Positions 33,113 through 44,738 of a stretch of DNA of 64,000 nt are shown piece after piece (position 1 is the first letter of the stretch; the number at the start of each line of letters is the position of its first letter). The stretch lies in the IMG/VR virus record IMGVR_UViG_2841800567_000010; one strand, given 5' to 3'. A model generated the notes under the pieces. The model was given only the letters and a program-made list of their open reading frames with translations. It did not search any database and had not been told where the DNA came from. The position numbers and the translations under genes were made by a program. The stretch comes from an uncultured virus (IMG/VR IMGVR_UViG_2841800567_000010) (Duplodnaviria; Heunggongvirae; Uroviricota; Caudoviricetes).

Positions 33113-34408
33113 TTACGCTGCCTGATTAGCCAGGCCCACGCCGATCGATTCCGGACGGGTCGCATTGACCGAGTACCACAGCGCAATACGGCATTTGCCC
33201 GCCAGCGTGCTGATATCGCCCTGGGTGGCAAAAATGCCGTTCAGGCCAACGTCAGGGATGCTGAATGATTTGGTCTTCATGCCGGAGAAAAGCTCGTGGG
33301 TGGTAGGGATCGGCTGCGAGACAATGCGGATACTGTCGTTTGACCAGAACACATTGGTTGTCGCATCGGCCACGTTCAGGATATTCACCGCCATTGCGTT
33401 AGCCAGACCGGTATTAACGTTCGCATAGGCCCTCTGTGCTGCGGAGAGGCTGGCGTCATCCAGTGCAATCGGCTTAGGCGTGATCTCAACGGTGTTCTCG
33501 TCCAGAACGCGAACAACTGAAAACGTCGCGTCGTCCGTCAGCACGTTTTTCGCCATCTGCGCGAGGTATTTCACGCCCGCAAAGCTGATTTTGTCACCGC
33601 GCTTAAGGCCGGTTGTCGCCGACAGCTTCACCTGTGCGAAACGGTTATCGACGTTCTCGCGTTCACCATCGGCATCTTCAACCCATGCCAGCGGCTTAAA
33701 CGACTGGGCGCCGGAAACCGTTAGGCCCGACGCGCCGGACGCTTTGAGCACAGGCATTTTTGGCGAACGCAGCACATCATCAAAACCCGCAACCTGTTTC
33801 TGGATAGTGCCTTTTTTATAGGCGTCCTCCGTCATGCGGCCATAAATATCGCGCCCCACCAGGTCATAGCCCGCCTTCTTGTAATCCTTAACGTTAAAGA
33901 AGTAGCTCAGGCCGCGGTTGCGGCTCAGTTCGCGGGCAAACATGATCGCCTCAGCGTCGGCGACAAAATCCCAGCCGCCGCCAGGCTTGTTGCTGATGTC
34001 CTCCGGATTGGTAACGACCAGCGAGCCCATATCGGCGGACACCTGAGCGATTTTCTGCTCAACGTTGTTAGCCAGCTTCTCAGCCGCGGCTTTGATGCGG
34101 CGGCGATAGCTGGTTTCATCCCGCAGGTCATCCGCCCGCAGCGAGAAGAAATCATTATCCGGTACGCCCATATTCACCTTGACCGCCAGCTCAAGCAGAT
34201 CCGTCTCCTTGCCGGTCAGGTCCCAACCCTCCTGGGTCGGAGATTCCATTTGCAGCGGCATCCAGTGGGTGTTATTGCTGCGCTGCATATCGCCAGCAGG
34301 CGGCGTGTAAACTTCAGCTTTCTGCGCCATTGGTGTGAGATTTGTGATTGTCTCGATCACCTCATCGACACCGTATGACACGATTTGACCTTCGTTTAAT
34401 GAAGCCAT
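33113..34408 (-). CDS. P22-type major capsid protein (gp5)
   Basis: [10 protein letters not shown]...[12 protein letters not shown]; terminator at 33085-33106. Confidence 0.95.
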   Translation of the reverse strand: MASLNEGQIVSYGVDEVIETITNLTPMAQKAEVYTPPAGDMQRSNNTHWMPLQMESPTQEGWDLTGKETDLLELAVKVNMGVPDNDFFSLRADDLRDETSYRRRIKAAAEKLANNVEQKIAQVSADMGSLVVTNPEDISNKPGGGWDFVADAEAIMFARELSRNRGLSYFFNVKDYKKAGYDLVGRDIYGRMTEDAYKKGTIQKQVAGFDDVLRSPKMPVLKASGASGLTVSGAQSFKPLAWVEDADGERENVDNRFAQVKLSATTGLKRGDKISFAGVKYLAQMAKNVLTDDATFSVVRVLDENTVEITPKPIALDDASLSAAQRAYANVNTGLANAMAVNILNVADATTNVFWSNDSIRIVSQPIPTTHELFSGMKTKSFSIPDVGLNGIFATQGDISTLAGKCRIALWYSVNATRPESIGVGLANQAA

Positions 34409-34419
34409 TATTTTGATCC

Positions 34420-35328
34420 TTAAGAGAGTAATTTTTTAATTTTGCGGTAGGTTTCAACGTCGCCTTTAGTTGCCGCTGCATTCATCTGCTTTTGCAGCAC
34501 ATCGCGATTTGCCGCCGCAACGTCACCGCTTACGGGCTCGTCAACGGGTGGCGCTTTTGACACCTCTTTACCGCGTGGCTTAATCGTCAGGCGCTCTGAC
34601 AGGCGCGTCAGCTCAATCAGGGCCTGTTGTGAGCTCATTGTCAGCAATCCGCGCAGCTTTTCCGGGTTTGCACCCAGGTGGTAGAACATCGCCGCCGATT
34701 TTTCAGGGAAGAGGCTCATGATCTCCGCATCCAGTCCGGGGGGGAGGATGCTTCTCACGACATCTTCTTTTTCTTCAAAATCTGGCAGGTTCAGCTTCTC
34801 AGCGGCGTCATAGTGCGCTTTCGCCGCTGCTGCGAATTGTGACGACTGGCGGGTAAACTCCTGCGTTTTACGGCCCTGTTCAGCAACGGCGTTACTTCTC
34901 GCGTCCTGGGCTTTCAGCATCCACTCGTTCTGGGCTGCCTGAAAAGCGGCCATGGCGCGGTTAGTATCGAAGCCGTATTTTTCCAGCGCCGTATCTGACA
35001 GAAAGTCATTAAAATCAGGCTGGGATGGCAGCTCAGGTGTTACCCGCAGATTCTCCGGCACCTCACCACGCGTAACCGCTTCCGCTGCCTGCTCCAGTTC
35101 GCGCTGACGCTTGCGGGCAATGCGGCGTGCTGCAAACTTTGCATTCTCGTTTGCGGGGGTGTCCGGGTTGGCTGGTTCCTCGTCATTCAGAACAATGTCA
35201 AAGCCCTGTTCGCCCTGATCCTCTGGCTGATTTTCCGCTACTCCGGTCTGGACCTGCGGCTGTGCATTTTCCTGATCTGCGGACAGGGTTGATTCTTCAG
35301 TTACCTGAATGTCGGTGGTATCACTCAT
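34420..35328 (-). CDS. Scaffolding protein (gp8)
   Basis: [17 protein letters not shown]-terminal GDVETYRK. Confidence 0.93.
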   Translation of the reverse strand: MSDTTDIQVTEESTLSADQENAQPQVQTGVAENQPEDQGEQGFDIVLNDEEPANPDTPANENAKFAARRIARKRQRELEQAAEAVTRGEVPENLRVTPELPSQPDFNDFLSDTALEKYGFDTNRAMAAFQAAQNEWMLKAQDARSNAVAEQGRKTQEFTRQSSQFAAAAKAHYDAAEKLNLPDFEEKEDVVRSILPPGLDAEIMSLFPEKSAAMFYHLGANPEKLRGLLTMSSQQALIELTRLSERLTIKPRGKEVSKAPPVDEPVSGDVAAANRDVLQKQMNAAATKGDVETYRKIKKLLS

Positions 35329-35341
35329 GTTTTTTTACTCT

Positions 35342-37456
35342 CTACATGGATTGAGGGAACTCGCCCGAAGGCGGAAATTGACCCGGCACCTGGCCGGTGG
35401 GTATGGATTGCTGTTGCCGGGTGGCAACCTCGTGCATCAGTTTCAGCGCTTCAATCACCGCTTTGCTGTCTATGTTTCGGGCTTGTGCCAGCTTATAAAT
35501 AGTGTCAGCCTGTGAGCGCTGCGCGTCCTGCTGCGCGGTAAATGCTTTAATTTCGGTCTGCGCCGTCTCGTTCTGCGCTCTGGCAGCTTCAGCCTGCGCG
35601 GCGATCATCTGCGCCTGTGCGAGAACCATATTCGGATCCTGCTGGCCCTGTTGTGCCTGCTGAGCTTCCTGCAGCCAGCGTTCCTCTTCCGGCGTCTCCG
35701 GTTTTTTCAGACCCTGAACTACCAGCTGTTTCGTTGCGTAATCGCGGGTGATCTCGATGCCTTTACCGTCCAGCAGCGCCAGATATTGCAGCAACAGTAC
35801 GTTCCAGACCTGATGCTCTGCCGGGACCGTTTTCAATAGCTCCTGAATCTCAGCCCGGTTCTGGTCCTTCATGCTCTGGAATGACGGCCCCGCGTCGGTG
35901 TAGCACTCATAGCGCCCGCGAATATCATTGAGCACCACCACACGCCCGGACTGATAATCAACGGCCTGTGACAGGGTCTGCACCTCGTTTTCGCTGCCGT
36001 CCTCAGCCGTTGTCAGCACGGTGCGCGGCACATCGTAGATGTCATTGACCATAGCCTGGTAAATTTCACCGTCGCGGCGCATGGCGGTAGCCAGGTTATC
36101 CATGAAAACGAAGGTTTCCAGGTCGGCGCGCTGGTTCAGCTGGTTCACCGTATCAAAGGCCACCTGGTTACCATTTACCTCCTGGCCATCCACGCCCGGA
36201 TCTGCAACCTCTTTCACCGCCGCGGTGGCCGCCTCCAGCATGTAGGCGTTTGCCTGTGGCACTTCCGGATTATCCATATATGAAATGGGCCGCGCCGGAA
36301 GCTGGGCGTTCTGCTCGTCGGTACGATTCATCAGGTAATAAGGGAAATCGTCATCCCCGCTGTACATGTACTCGTAGCCCTCAATCTGCTCCGGCCAGAA
36401 TATGGGCTTTTTCTTCGGTGTGCGGGCCACGATGTCGGCGTTGAACGACATGATCATGTTGCGCAGGCGCTGGCCGTCTTTCGTCAGCCGGACAATCCCC
36501 TCGTACACCTCCACATCGTCAACAAAGCCCCACTCCCCGAAGACCGGCACAATCGGCAGGTGCTCACCGGCTATCAGCTCCCGGTTTTTCAGTACGGCAG
36601 TGTTTGAGAGAATGGTCTTATACACCCTGCGGCGGGTGACTTTGCGCTCTGCGACCTTCTCCATGCCCTGCTCAGCCAGCTCATCGATCACGTCTTTAAT
36701 ATCGCGCTTGTAATAGCTGACGGGCTCGCCGCTCAGCGGGTCCTGATAAATGAATACCGTCTCTTTCTTTTCCTCGACCTCGTAATATTCAGCGATAAAT
36801 ACGGTATCGCTGGTCTGCCAGCTGAACAGCAGATCATTGGGAGACGTGAAAGTCGGCAGCTCGTCGGCATCAAGCCCGTACTTTTTCGCGAATGACTTCC
36901 AGCCTGATTTGCTGAGGGCGTTAATCACGGTCACATGCCGCGCGTCGGATTTATCCAGCTGCTTGCTGTTCGCATCCCAGATAACGTGGGAGCATGCGCC
37001 GTGTATCGGCACGCGACGAATAATCTGGTTGTTGCTGGTCGGGTCCTGATCTTCATGTTCCGTAACCAGACGCCAGGCACCCACCCCCGCCTCGATTTGC
37101 TCGCGAACAGCAATGTTTACAGAGGTTCGGGCAGTGTTATGCCGCATGTCAGTACGGTACATGCCCATCAGCACGTCAGCGGCATCCGGATCGGCTCCGT
37201 CTTTTGGCCGGTAACGCACATCAACAGGATTCTGGCGCATTTCTGCCACCAGTTTACGAACCACCGGCCGCACAACGTCAAACTGTCCGCGATACTGCAG
37301 CGTGGTGTACTGGCTGAGCCAGTCATCCCAATGGCTGACGCGGGAGAAAAACAGGTCGTTACGGGCTTCGGTCCTCGCATCCTCGCTGGCGGTCCAGTCG
37401 CTGTCAAACTGGCGGAGAATATCGTCCAGCCGTGAGTTTTTGTCTTCGTCGGCCAT
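35342..37456 (-). CDS. Portal protein (gp1)
   Basis: [35 protein letters not shown]. Confidence 0.95.
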   Translation of the reverse strand: MADEDKNSRLDDILRQFDSDWTASEDARTEARNDLFFSRVSHWDDWLSQYTTLQYRGQFDVVRPVVRKLVAEMRQNPVDVRYRPKDGADPDAADVLMGMYRTDMRHNTARTSVNIAVREQIEAGVGAWRLVTEHEDQDPTSNNQIIRRVPIHGACSHVIWDANSKQLDKSDARHVTVINALSKSGWKSFAKKYGLDADELPTFTSPNDLLFSWQTSDTVFIAEYYEVEEKKETVFIYQDPLSGEPVSYYKRDIKDVIDELAEQGMEKVAERKVTRRRVYKTILSNTAVLKNRELIAGEHLPIVPVFGEWGFVDDVEVYEGIVRLTKDGQRLRNMIMSFNADIVARTPKKKPIFWPEQIEGYEYMYSGDDDFPYYLMNRTDEQNAQLPARPISYMDNPEVPQANAYMLEAATAAVKEVADPGVDGQEVNGNQVAFDTVNQLNQRADLETFVFMDNLATAMRRDGEIYQAMVNDIYDVPRTVLTTAEDGSENEVQTLSQAVDYQSGRVVVLNDIRGRYECYTDAGPSFQSMKDQNRAEIQELLKTVPAEHQVWNVLLLQYLALLDGKGIEITRDYATKQLVVQGLKKPETPEEERWLQEAQQAQQGQQDPNMVLAQAQMIAAQAEAARAQNETAQTEIKAFTAQQDAQRSQADTIYKLAQARNIDSKAVIEALKLMHEVATRQQQSIPTGQVPGQFPPSGEFPQSM

Positions 37457-38979
37457 TATCTTCCTCGCTGTATCGGCCGGATGGGTGCCGGTATTTTTTT
37501 GGTTTTGGGTTTAAACAGATCGCGCTGCATTCTCGCGCTACGCCGCATCATGTACGCATAGCGGACGGCGGAAAGGATATCGTCGTTGAGTTTCACGATC
37601 TTGCCGTTCTCGTCCCTGTGATAGAGCCGGAACTCTTCGAAGAAGGGTTCACAGGTGTTAAACACCCTGAAGCGCCCCTCGGTCATCAGGTCGCGCAGTT
37701 CGGTAACCCCCGGTTCAACCGCGTTCCCGCCGTCCGGCCAGGTGGCATGCTCAGGCAGCATCTGAAAACCCGCCTCGACGTATTTCGCTTTGAGCTCTTC
37801 ACCGCCCCCCTTCTCATGCTGATAGCCGTCATGCGGCCAGGCTGTGGGAATGCCCTTACTCCAGGCCTTCACCGCGCCCCATGCCTGTACGGCTGTGTTC
37901 TCGCGTTTCTTCCAGACCCTCGCCAGATAAAAAATATCAGCGTCCTTGTCCCACCAGAGCTGGATATGAGCCTGCGGGTGATCCCATCCGAAGTCCTGCC
38001 CGTTAATAACGTAAAAATGTTCCGGGCATTCGAACGGCTGACACTTGATCGTCTCTTCGGTGATCTGGAATATGCGACCACTGCCCATGGTCGGTATGCC
38101 GCGGGCGCGGGCTTCGCGTTCATGCTCAGGATACGAAGCAATGATCTGCTCGCGCCGTTCGTCGCTGTAGTGCTCAGCATCGTAGATCGTCATCGAGACG
38201 ACTTTCTGCGCCTTGCTGGGGTTCTTCAGAAACTTGGTTACAACGTCTGACATCCCCATCAGCGGAGTGAATGTCAGAATCGAGAACTGACCGTATTTGT
38301 TGGTACGCGTCAGCCCTTCGGAATAAATTGCATAAGGCGGTTCTTCATCGAACCAAACGCCGTGAACGGTATCAGCCTGCCAGCGGGCGCGGCCCTGGGA
38401 GTAAGGCTTGAAGTAAACCAGGCTCGCGCCGTCTTCAACTCCATCTGCGTTGTGATGCTTCACCAGCACGCGGTCGATCAGACCGGGGAAAAATGGCGAT
38501 TTAACATAGCTGATAATGTCGTCTTTGGGGATGGAACCGTACCCGGGTTCGTTGCCCTCATCAATACGCCCGCACAGTATTCGCTGCGTCGATTTGGTCA
38601 CAGTCTCATTAGTTTCACCACCCACCCAGAAGACAACTGGCTCGCAGAACCTGCGCCCTTCCCACCCCCCCTGGTAAGCACCGTCAGCGGGGTAACCTTT
38701 TGTGCCAGGGTAACGGCCGGTCAGATGGAAAGCCACTTCCGCGCCGCCGGTCAGCGTTTTGCCCAGCTGGTTACCGGCCATGAAGCAGCGCTCGGTAAAC
38801 TCGCTGCCCGCATCCATGAATTCACGTTGTTTAACGTATGGGGAGTAGTCGAAGAGGCGGTGAGTGTTCCGGTATTCGTCTTCAGCTTCCAGCAGAGCGA
38901 GAAGTTCGGCCTGCTCGTCATCACTGAGACAATCAATCACAGTTTCGTTAATTTCGGGATTTTGACCACTTTTTAACAT
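37456..38979 (-). CDS. Terminase large subunit (gp2)
   Basis: [22 protein letters not shown]. Confidence 0.95.
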   Translation of the reverse strand: MLKSGQNPEINETVIDCLSDDEQAELLALLEAEDEYRNTHRLFDYSPYVKQREFMDAGSEFTERCFMAGNQLGKTLTGGAEVAFHLTGRYPGTKGYPADGAYQGGWEGRRFCEPVVFWVGGETNETVTKSTQRILCGRIDEGNEPGYGSIPKDDIISYVKSPFFPGLIDRVLVKHHNADGVEDGASLVYFKPYSQGRARWQADTVHGVWFDEEPPYAIYSEGLTRTNKYGQFSILTFTPLMGMSDVVTKFLKNPSKAQKVVSMTIYDAEHYSDERREQIIASYPEHEREARARGIPTMGSGRIFQITEETIKCQPFECPEHFYVINGQDFGWDHPQAHIQLWWDKDADIFYLARVWKKRENTAVQAWGAVKAWSKGIPTAWPHDGYQHEKGGGEELKAKYVEAGFQMLPEHATWPDGGNAVEPGVTELRDLMTEGRFRVFNTCEPFFEEFRLYHRDENGKIVKLNDDILSAVRYAYMMRRSARMQRDLFKPKTKKIPAPIRPIQRGR

Positions 38980-39181
38980 AATGACTCTTAAGCGCCCTGG
39001 CGAAACAGCACTCGTCGCAATTAATGGGTGAAAGGCTTATTTGTCGGTGAATAAATGGATATTTCGCTGAAAATGCACTGCATAAACATTGCATAAAATA
39101 GGAGCAAAAATGCATAGGGTTAAAACGTCCTGAAACGTCTGTTTTCCCATGTTTTCTGAATTTTCGACAGAACGCCTTAAA

Positions 39182-39661
39182 TCACTTTTCTGCCACCTTG
39201 TTCAGCAGTTCCTTTATGCGATTAATCCGGGTCGGGCGATCATGAACCGGTGTCACATCTTCAATTTGCTGCTGGTCTTTCAGGCCCAGGTCACGGGCAA
39301 TGATATTGGCGTTGAGCAGGTCAGCCGCAGCGCCAGAGAATTTTTGATCGTAGATCACCTGCTCTGCTCGCGTAACGACTTCAGATAAGTCTTCTCTCGC
39401 TCTGTACTGTCGCCATGTTTCAAGCGTCACATCAAGGAAGAGTGTTAATCCGGTTAAGGTCATTGCCCGCAGCTTGGGTATAGCCTCCTGTTTAACCTCT
39501 CCCTGATACGCGAACGCCTTCATTTCCCACAATGGATTAGCTTCAACCCACTCGAAATATTCACAACATGCCCGCCACAGCGCCTCAGGTGTTTCGAATT
39601 TCGGGTTTCGCCCGTGACTGCTGCGGGCCTCCCAGAATCGGTTACCCTTTGGTGCTGCCAT
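39182..39661 (-). CDS. Terminase small subunit (P22 gp3-like)
   Basis: [23 protein letters not shown]. Confidence 0.95.
   Translation of the reverse strand: MAAPKGNRFWEARSSHGRNPKFETPEALWRACCEYFEWVEANPLWEMKAFAYQGEVKQEAIPKLRAMTLTGLTLFLDVTLETWRQYRAREDLSEVVTRAEQVIYDQKFSGAAADLLNANIIARDLGLKDQQQIEDVTPVHDRPTRINRIKELLNKVAEK
39376..39397 (-). other. P22-like pac site within terS
   Basis: AGAGAAGACTTATCTGAAGTCG, one mismatch to the P22 pac sequence as recalled. Confidence 0.75.
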
Positions 39662-39666
39662 CTTGA

Positions 39667-39921
39667 TTACTCCTTGCCTGCATCGTTAACGCCATCATCA
39701 ATAACGATTTCGCTGTTAATACTGTTATTGGCCGCCGTGTGCAGCCACAAATAACCTGCGCTTGTGTTCAGAAATTCAGAAATGATTAACGCGTCCTTAT
39801 TGCTGGCGGGAGCGGACGCACTTGATGAAACAAAAACCTTTCCGGAAATAACCTGTAGGACACCATCGCCTGTAGGGTATTTTTGCCAGCTATTGCCAAT
39901 GGCGTAACGCTTAGTAGCCAT
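39667..39921 (-). CDS. Small hypothetical beta-rich protein
   Basis: [23 protein letters not shown]. Confidence 0.6.
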   Translation of the reverse strand: MATKRYAIGNSWQKYPTGDGVLQVISGKVFVSSSASAPASNKDALIISEFLNTSAGYLWLHTAANNSINSEIVIDDGVNDAGKE

Positions 39922-39938
39922 TACTCCCCCGTTAATCT

Positions 39939-40367
39939 TTATGTTGCGGTAATAGTGAGCACTGAAACCAGACCATTCCAGCGGCATGTTATTAATACCT
40001 TGCCAGCCCTGAGCAAACCGAAAATCGTCTGGCCGCTGGCTGATGGCGTTTTATATGTCGCTATTGAAGGATCGGATACTGTCCATTCGACTGTGCTGTC
40101 CAGCCTGCCGTGGCTTGTGTCGCCATCAATATCACGAAGGAATACGCCAATATAGATCGATCCGCGCGGAGCTGTAGCATTCGGCATTGCGTACTGGGTG
40201 TTACTCAATTTCTGCACAGACCATATCGATGAGGGGTCTGTGTAAGTGTCGTTCTGAATAAAAATGTATTGCGTCACTTTCGGCTGCCGGTCACCCATTG
40301 CCAGCGCACCCGGTACAGAAATACCGCCAGCAGCGTTTATTGAAGGAGCGCCGGATATATTCATCAT
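39939..40367 (-). CDS. Ig-like (Big_2-type) domain protein
   Basis: VEWTVSDPSIAT...GLLRAGKVLITC. Confidence 0.65.
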   Translation of the reverse strand: MMNISGAPSINAAGGISVPGALAMGDRQPKVTQYIFIQNDTYTDPSSIWSVQKLSNTQYAMPNATAPRGSIYIGVFLRDIDGDTSHGRLDSTVEWTVSDPSIATYKTPSASGQTIFGLLRAGKVLITCRWNGLVSVLTITAT

Positions 40368-40376
40368 GTCGCCTCA

Positions 40377-41126
40377 CTATGCCTGCGCCCGTTGATACCA
40401 GTATTCAAATGCATAATTAGGTTCAGAGCCACCGTCGCCAGACGTTACGCTAAGCGGCTTCATCGCTTTTGTCTTCAAATTGCAAAGCTGTGTCGCAGCC
40501 CCATATACAAAGAGGTAAATTTCAACCGACGGGGACGACGACGGGGACGACGTTGCCGACGCAAGCTGGTTGGTGATAATCACGAACGGAAGCGCGTTCC
40601 CGTCCGCGTCACATGGAATACCTGGTGTGTGATAGATATTCGCGCTGGCGATAACGCTGTTGCCCTTTTGGGCGGCTACGCATGAAACAGTAGTTTTCCA
40701 GTAGAGGGTTGTCCCAAATTTACCATGCGCACTGGAAGCGGACGGATCGTCCGGGTAGCCCACAGTTAGATTGCCAGTCGAGGTACTTCTGGCCCAGGCC
40801 GCCGCATCCTTACCATCTTTGCCGTCAGATCCCCGCGGAACAGCAGAGTAAGTGCTTTCGAACGATGCGGCTGGGATGTAAAGGTCCTGATTATCTGAAT
40901 CGCGAACAAGATAACCGCCGACTTCCGGCGAGAAGATTGTCACGAACATCTGAGGCTCATATATCGCGTTGTAATCACCATCCGGCACAATGGTGATTGA
41001 GCCATCGGTATGCGGCAGGATGCTGGAGATTTTAACGGCGATCACGTTTTCCACGCCGTCAGTGTAGACCGGCCACGGGTTGAAAATGTTCGTCATGGGC
41101 CATTGGGTGGCCGGAGATTGAGCCAT
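40377..41126 (-). CDS. Dec-like capsid decoration protein with extended C-terminus
   Basis: WPVYTD...DGS...FSPEVGGYLVR...LYIPAASFESTY resembles phage L Dec; GSDGKDGKD linker. Confidence 0.7.
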   Translation of the reverse strand: MAQSPATQWPMTNIFNPWPVYTDGVENVIAVKISSILPHTDGSITIVPDGDYNAIYEPQMFVTIFSPEVGGYLVRDSDNQDLYIPAASFESTYSAVPRGSDGKDGKDAAAWARSTSTGNLTVGYPDDPSASSAHGKFGTTLYWKTTVSCVAAQKGNSVIASANIYHTPGIPCDADGNALPFVIITNQLASATSSPSSSPSVEIYLFVYGAATQLCNLKTKAMKPLSVTSGDGGSEPNYAFEYWYQRAQA

Positions 41127-41180
41127 GATTTAACTCGCTATATTGTGAATGAAAAAAAGCCCCGCGTTAGTGAGGCCCTA

Positions 41181-41615
41181 TTAATGCAGGCATTGTTGCC
41201 GGATGTAATCCTGCAGGTATTTCACCTGCCCTGTGACTGTTGTGATTCGCTCTCTGAGGGTGAAATAATCCCGTTGAGCGGCGTCATCAAGTCTGGCGCT
41301 GGAAGCATCGCCCAAGCTGCCGGGTGCGGTGGATTGCTGCGTACAGGTTGCTGCGACCCGCAACCGCTTACGGCCAGCAGCAACGTCAGACTCAAGGTTT
41401 TTAATAGTGCGTTGAGCATCTGCCTGTTCCCTGATGTATTTTTCATCAAGAAGCGCAGCGTCTTTCTGCCTGCGCTGCATATCGGTAATGGTTTCCTGCC
41501 GTTCTGCTGCCAAGGTTGCCGCTTCGCTGTACTGGATTATGTAGTGGCGCGTGATGGCTGACAGCACCGCAACCGCGGCAAGCAGAGTGCCCACAGCCAG
41601 CGTATTCCCGTTCAT
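41181..41615 (-). CDS. i-spanin Rz
   Basis: N-terminal TM, GRKRLRVAATC, LQDYIRQQC. Confidence 0.92.
   Translation of the reverse strand: MNGNTLAVGTLLAAVAVLSAITRHYIIQYSEAATLAAERQETITDMQRRQKDAALLDEKYIREQADAQRTIKNLESDVAAGRKRLRVAATCTQQSTAPGSLGDASSARLDDAAQRDYFTLRERITTVTGQVKYLQDYIRQQCLH
41222..41419 (-). CDS. o-spanin Rz1 embedded in Rz
   Basis: Lipobox VSGC, PPHPAAWAM. Confidence 0.85.
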   Translation of the reverse strand: MLNALLKTLSLTLLLAVSGCGSQQPVRSNPPHPAAWAMLPAPDLMTPLNGIISPSESESQQSQGR

Positions 41616-42037
41616 GACAGAAACAGCTCGCGCTCGGCGGCGCGGCGTCTGATCAGACCCGGCAACTCCGTTTTACCTGCGTATATCCAGCGGCCAAACT
41701 CAGCCGCAGCGCCAGCATAATCGCCAGCGTTCAGTTTCCGCAGCAGCGTAGACCGGACGAAATTACCCGCGCCAACATTGAACACGAACGCTACCAGCGC
41801 GTCGAACTGGCCCTGCGTCAGTACCGCTTTGGCGTTGGTGTTTACCGTCAGCTCAGCTACCTGCAGGTCTTCCCTCAGATACTCCTCAGCCTGCCGACCG
41901 GTGACCGCGTCGCCCCGCTTAACGCCATGCGTATGACCGTAGCCAATGGTCCAGACGCCAGCCGGGCAGAGATATGCCGTTGTCTCAAGCCCTTCGGACT
42001 GCTTAATCAGGTCGAGGCCAGTTTGACTTATGTTCAA
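41612..42037 (-). CDS. Endolysin (GH24 lysozyme)
   Basis: EGL...AYLCPAGVWTIGYGHT, GLIRRRAAE. Confidence 0.95.
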   Translation of the reverse strand: MNISQTGLDLIKQSEGLETTAYLCPAGVWTIGYGHTHGVKRGDAVTGRQAEEYLREDLQVAELTVNTNAKAVLTQGQFDALVAFVFNVGAGNFVRSTLLRKLNAGDYAGAAAEFGRWIYAGKTELPGLIRRRAAERELFLS

Positions 42038-42573
42038 TTTACCGCCCTCGTGAAGGTATAACCCCTGTGTGCATTCCTGCTGGCGTTGTTGATAACTTTG
42101 TAGACCTCGCTCGGGCTAAATCCATAGCGTTGTATATCTGCCGTACCCGCAAGAATTATAATTTTTCCGCTTTCAATATTGGTAGCGACGACCTTACCCT
42201 TAAAATTTCTGGATAATGTGCCGCTTGCACTCACGTTTAACCTCGTGCGAAATGCATGTTTTTGATTTTCAGAGCGAGTAGACCACTCTAAATTCTCAGC
42301 TCTGTTATCGTCTTTCACGCCATTAATGTGATTAACCTGAGGTTTCCCCTCCGGGTTAGTAACAAAAGCTTTAGCAACAAGCTGGTGCGCCGTAAAAGCT
42401 TTAGGGGACTTGTTTTTATATAGCCTGAATGAAACGTATCCGTGCCTCAGACGGTTTGATTTGAGGATCAAATAATTGCCTTTAGGCCTTTTACTTCGGA
42501 CACGCCCTAAATTAGACACCTAATAACGCTCCTCATAGCCTGAAATGTCTTTCCAAACCTCATCAGTTTGCAT
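42034..42573 (-). pseudogene. NUMOD4-HNH homing endonuclease with TAG at 42520-42522
   Basis: MQTDEVWKDISGYEERY*VSNLGRVRS...VNHINGVKDDNRAENLEW. Confidence 0.88.
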
Positions 42574-42871
42574 TTTTCATCCCCGTCAGCCGTTCCCAGA
42601 AATAGTTCAGCGCAACGCTGCCCATAGTGCCGGACATGCCCGCGGCGACCAGCACGTAATAAATACTCAGGCCGGACTCGATAGCCAGCAGCCCGCCCAT
42701 CAGCCCCGCGAAACCTGAGATTGCAACCTGAGCCAGCGCGGCCACCCAGCTCCACGCGAGCTTTTGCGTCCGGACATCGATGATATATTTCACGAAGCCC
42801 CCGTATATCGACATTGCGGTTATGAGCACCCACGCTAACAGCCCGTAGGAACCCGGATCACGACTTGGCAT
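42563..42871 (-). CDS. Holin
   Basis: About three TM segments, ISGFAGL; first gene of the lysis cassette. Confidence 0.85.
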   Translation of the reverse strand: MPSRDPGSYGLLAWVLITAMSIYGGFVKYIIDVRTQKLAWSWVAALAQVAISGFAGLMGGLLAIESGLSIYYVLVAAGMSGTMGSVALNYFWERLTGMKNAN

Positions 42872-43040
42872 TGGTATCACTCCGCCGCCCAACGCGGGGG
42901 GCATGTGCAAAAATTGGAAAATAAAAAAGGCCGCCTGGTGGCAGCCTTAAACTTGGAGCCAGATAGCGTCTGGCGGCATAATTCTCGTTCTGATATTGTT
43001 AAATCGCTGAAGATAACCATATCAAGAAGAGGGAATTGTA

Positions 43041-43553
43041 ATGATCGAGGAAAAAGGACTTATCAGTCGTATAGCCAGCGCTGTTTCTGGTGCCAGCGGA
43101 GCGCTAAAAGGGGCCGTTAGTGCCGCGAGAGAAATTCAGTCGATGCAGGTCGATTACTCTGTCAAAGAGAAAACATATGACCTGCTCGATAAACTCATGG
43201 ATGCTCAGCAGCAGCAGATGTCACTCCAGGAACTTCTTGTGTCTGCAAAGGATCGCATCATTGAGTTGGAGGATGAGAAAAAACAACGTGATGAGTGGGA
43301 ACTCACATCCTCGTCTTACGAACTCTTTCAACCCATGCCCGGCACACTGGTTTACAGGATGGAGCCATCTGAGTATGGAAACAATCTCCCTGTTTATTTT
43401 TGTACCAGTTGCCATAACAAAAAAATAAAATCGGTGCTTCAGGCTTCTGATATTCAGGCCAGAGCGGGAATGGGGCGAACGGTTATTATGAAATGTAATC
43501 ATTGCGATGCCTGTTATCACTTTCCGCTTGGGTTAGTTAAGGCTGGTGCTTAA
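43041..43553 (+). CDS. Moron: coiled-coil plus Zn-ribbon protein
   Basis: GAGG RBS; CTSC...CNHC; antisense between Q and holin. Confidence 0.75.
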   Translation: MIEEKGLISRIASAVSGASGALKGAVSAAREIQSMQVDYSVKEKTYDLLDKLMDAQQQQMSLQELLVSAKDRIIELEDEKKQRDEWELTSSSYELFQPMPGTLVYRMEPSEYGNNLPVYFCTSCHNKKIKSVLQASDIQARAGMGRTVIMKCNHCDACYHFPLGLVKAGA

Positions 43554-43663
43554 CTCACTCACCTTTGGGTTAGTGAGACAGCGACCACGTTACCGTGTGT
43601 GATTAATTGCCCCGACGCATCATCGCGATAGTTAACTGGCTCGTCGGCCCGAGGCGAATAAAG

Positions 43664-43690
43664 CAAAAAACCCCGCCGAGGCGAGGTTTG
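43664..43690 (-). terminator. tR'-like terminator downstream of Q
   Basis: AAACCTCGCCTCGGCGGGGTTTTTT on the minus strand. Confidence 0.7.
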
Positions 43691-43776
43691 AAATTATTCA
43701 GTGGCGTATGTATGTAAGTATCCCACTATTTGGAGATAATCTACCAATTTCGGAAAAAAAGCAATACCTGATTTCG

Positions 43777-44559
43777 TTATCTGGTGACTTTTCTGAATTC
43801 CGCATCTGCATGACTCTCTTCAATCTCACACTTTGCCACCAGCTTTTCGAAGAAAGGACGCCAGTTATTGTTCCAGGTGCGCTCCTGCAACTCCGGAAGC
43901 AAAGTATGAATTGCTCTGTAAGCCCTTGTGCCTGGCGATCGCTTGTAACCTCTCCCTGAACAACGGTCACATTCCCGCTCTACCGGCGCACCCTGTCGCG
44001 CTGATTCTGCCATATCACGCACCCGGCCCGTACCGTTACACCTGCAACGGGCTGTTATCTGACCTTTACCATTGCAGTGCTGGCAGACCTCTTTCACCAG
44101 CTCCATTTCAGTGCGTGGCGGGATTACCTCTTCACCAGTGAAACTGTTGACGTGTCCGGCATACTTCACAACTTCGCGCTCAACGTGATTAAACCCTGTG
44201 CCGCTGCAACGCTGGCAGGTGCTGGTTGTGTCCGCCGAGCGGGAATACTCTTCAAAGGCCAATTTCGACAGCACCACAAGGCATTTACCAAGTTTGCCGC
44301 CTGCAGCCCGGCTGACCAGTTTAGGCGCCGTCCTGTTCGCGTAGCTCAGCAGCTGCTCAATGGTACGGTAGCAATCATCATTGCTGACTCCGGTTTTAGC
44401 CATATACACAGCCATGCCAAACGGTGACTTTGACTGGCACATCCCAATAGCCCCCATCAAATCTGTACCGGTCAGGCTGTCAGATGCGGTAGCGCGTGAA
44501 CTGTCGGTGAAAGTCTGGCTTTTGGGGCTGAAGTATTTCACTGCTGATTCAAGTTTCAT
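43777..44559 (-). CDS. Late antitermination protein Q (Cys-rich lambda-type family)
   Basis: MKLESAVKYFSPKS, multiple CxxCxGxG motifs. Confidence 0.9.
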   Translation of the reverse strand: MKLESAVKYFSPKSQTFTDSSRATASDSLTGTDLMGAIGMCQSKSPFGMAVYMAKTGVSNDDCYRTIEQLLSYANRTAPKLVSRAAGGKLGKCLVVLSKLAFEEYSRSADTTSTCQRCSGTGFNHVEREVVKYAGHVNSFTGEEVIPPRTEMELVKEVCQHCNGKGQITARCRCNGTGRVRDMAESARQGAPVERECDRCSGRGYKRSPGTRAYRAIHTLLPELQERTWNNNWRPFFEKLVAKCEIEESHADAEFRKVTR

Positions 44560-44738
44560 GCTTTCCCCTTCGATTCGTAACGTGCTTCCACTATTGCTGT
44601 TGAAACAATCATTCGGCTGTAGGACATATGCAGGTCCACCAGCCTGTCCATCCAGATCCCCACAGGGCCGGTATAGCCGCCATGAGCCAGTCGGATGTAC
44701 TGCTCAATCGTGTGTGCATCTTCTTTGGTGAGTGTCAT
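44556..44738 (-). CDS. Hypothetical nin-region protein
   Basis: ATGA overlaps with both neighbours. Confidence 0.55.
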   Translation of the reverse strand: MTLTKEDAHTIEQYIRLAHGGYTGPVGIWMDRLVDLHMSYSRMIVSTAIVEARYESKGKA

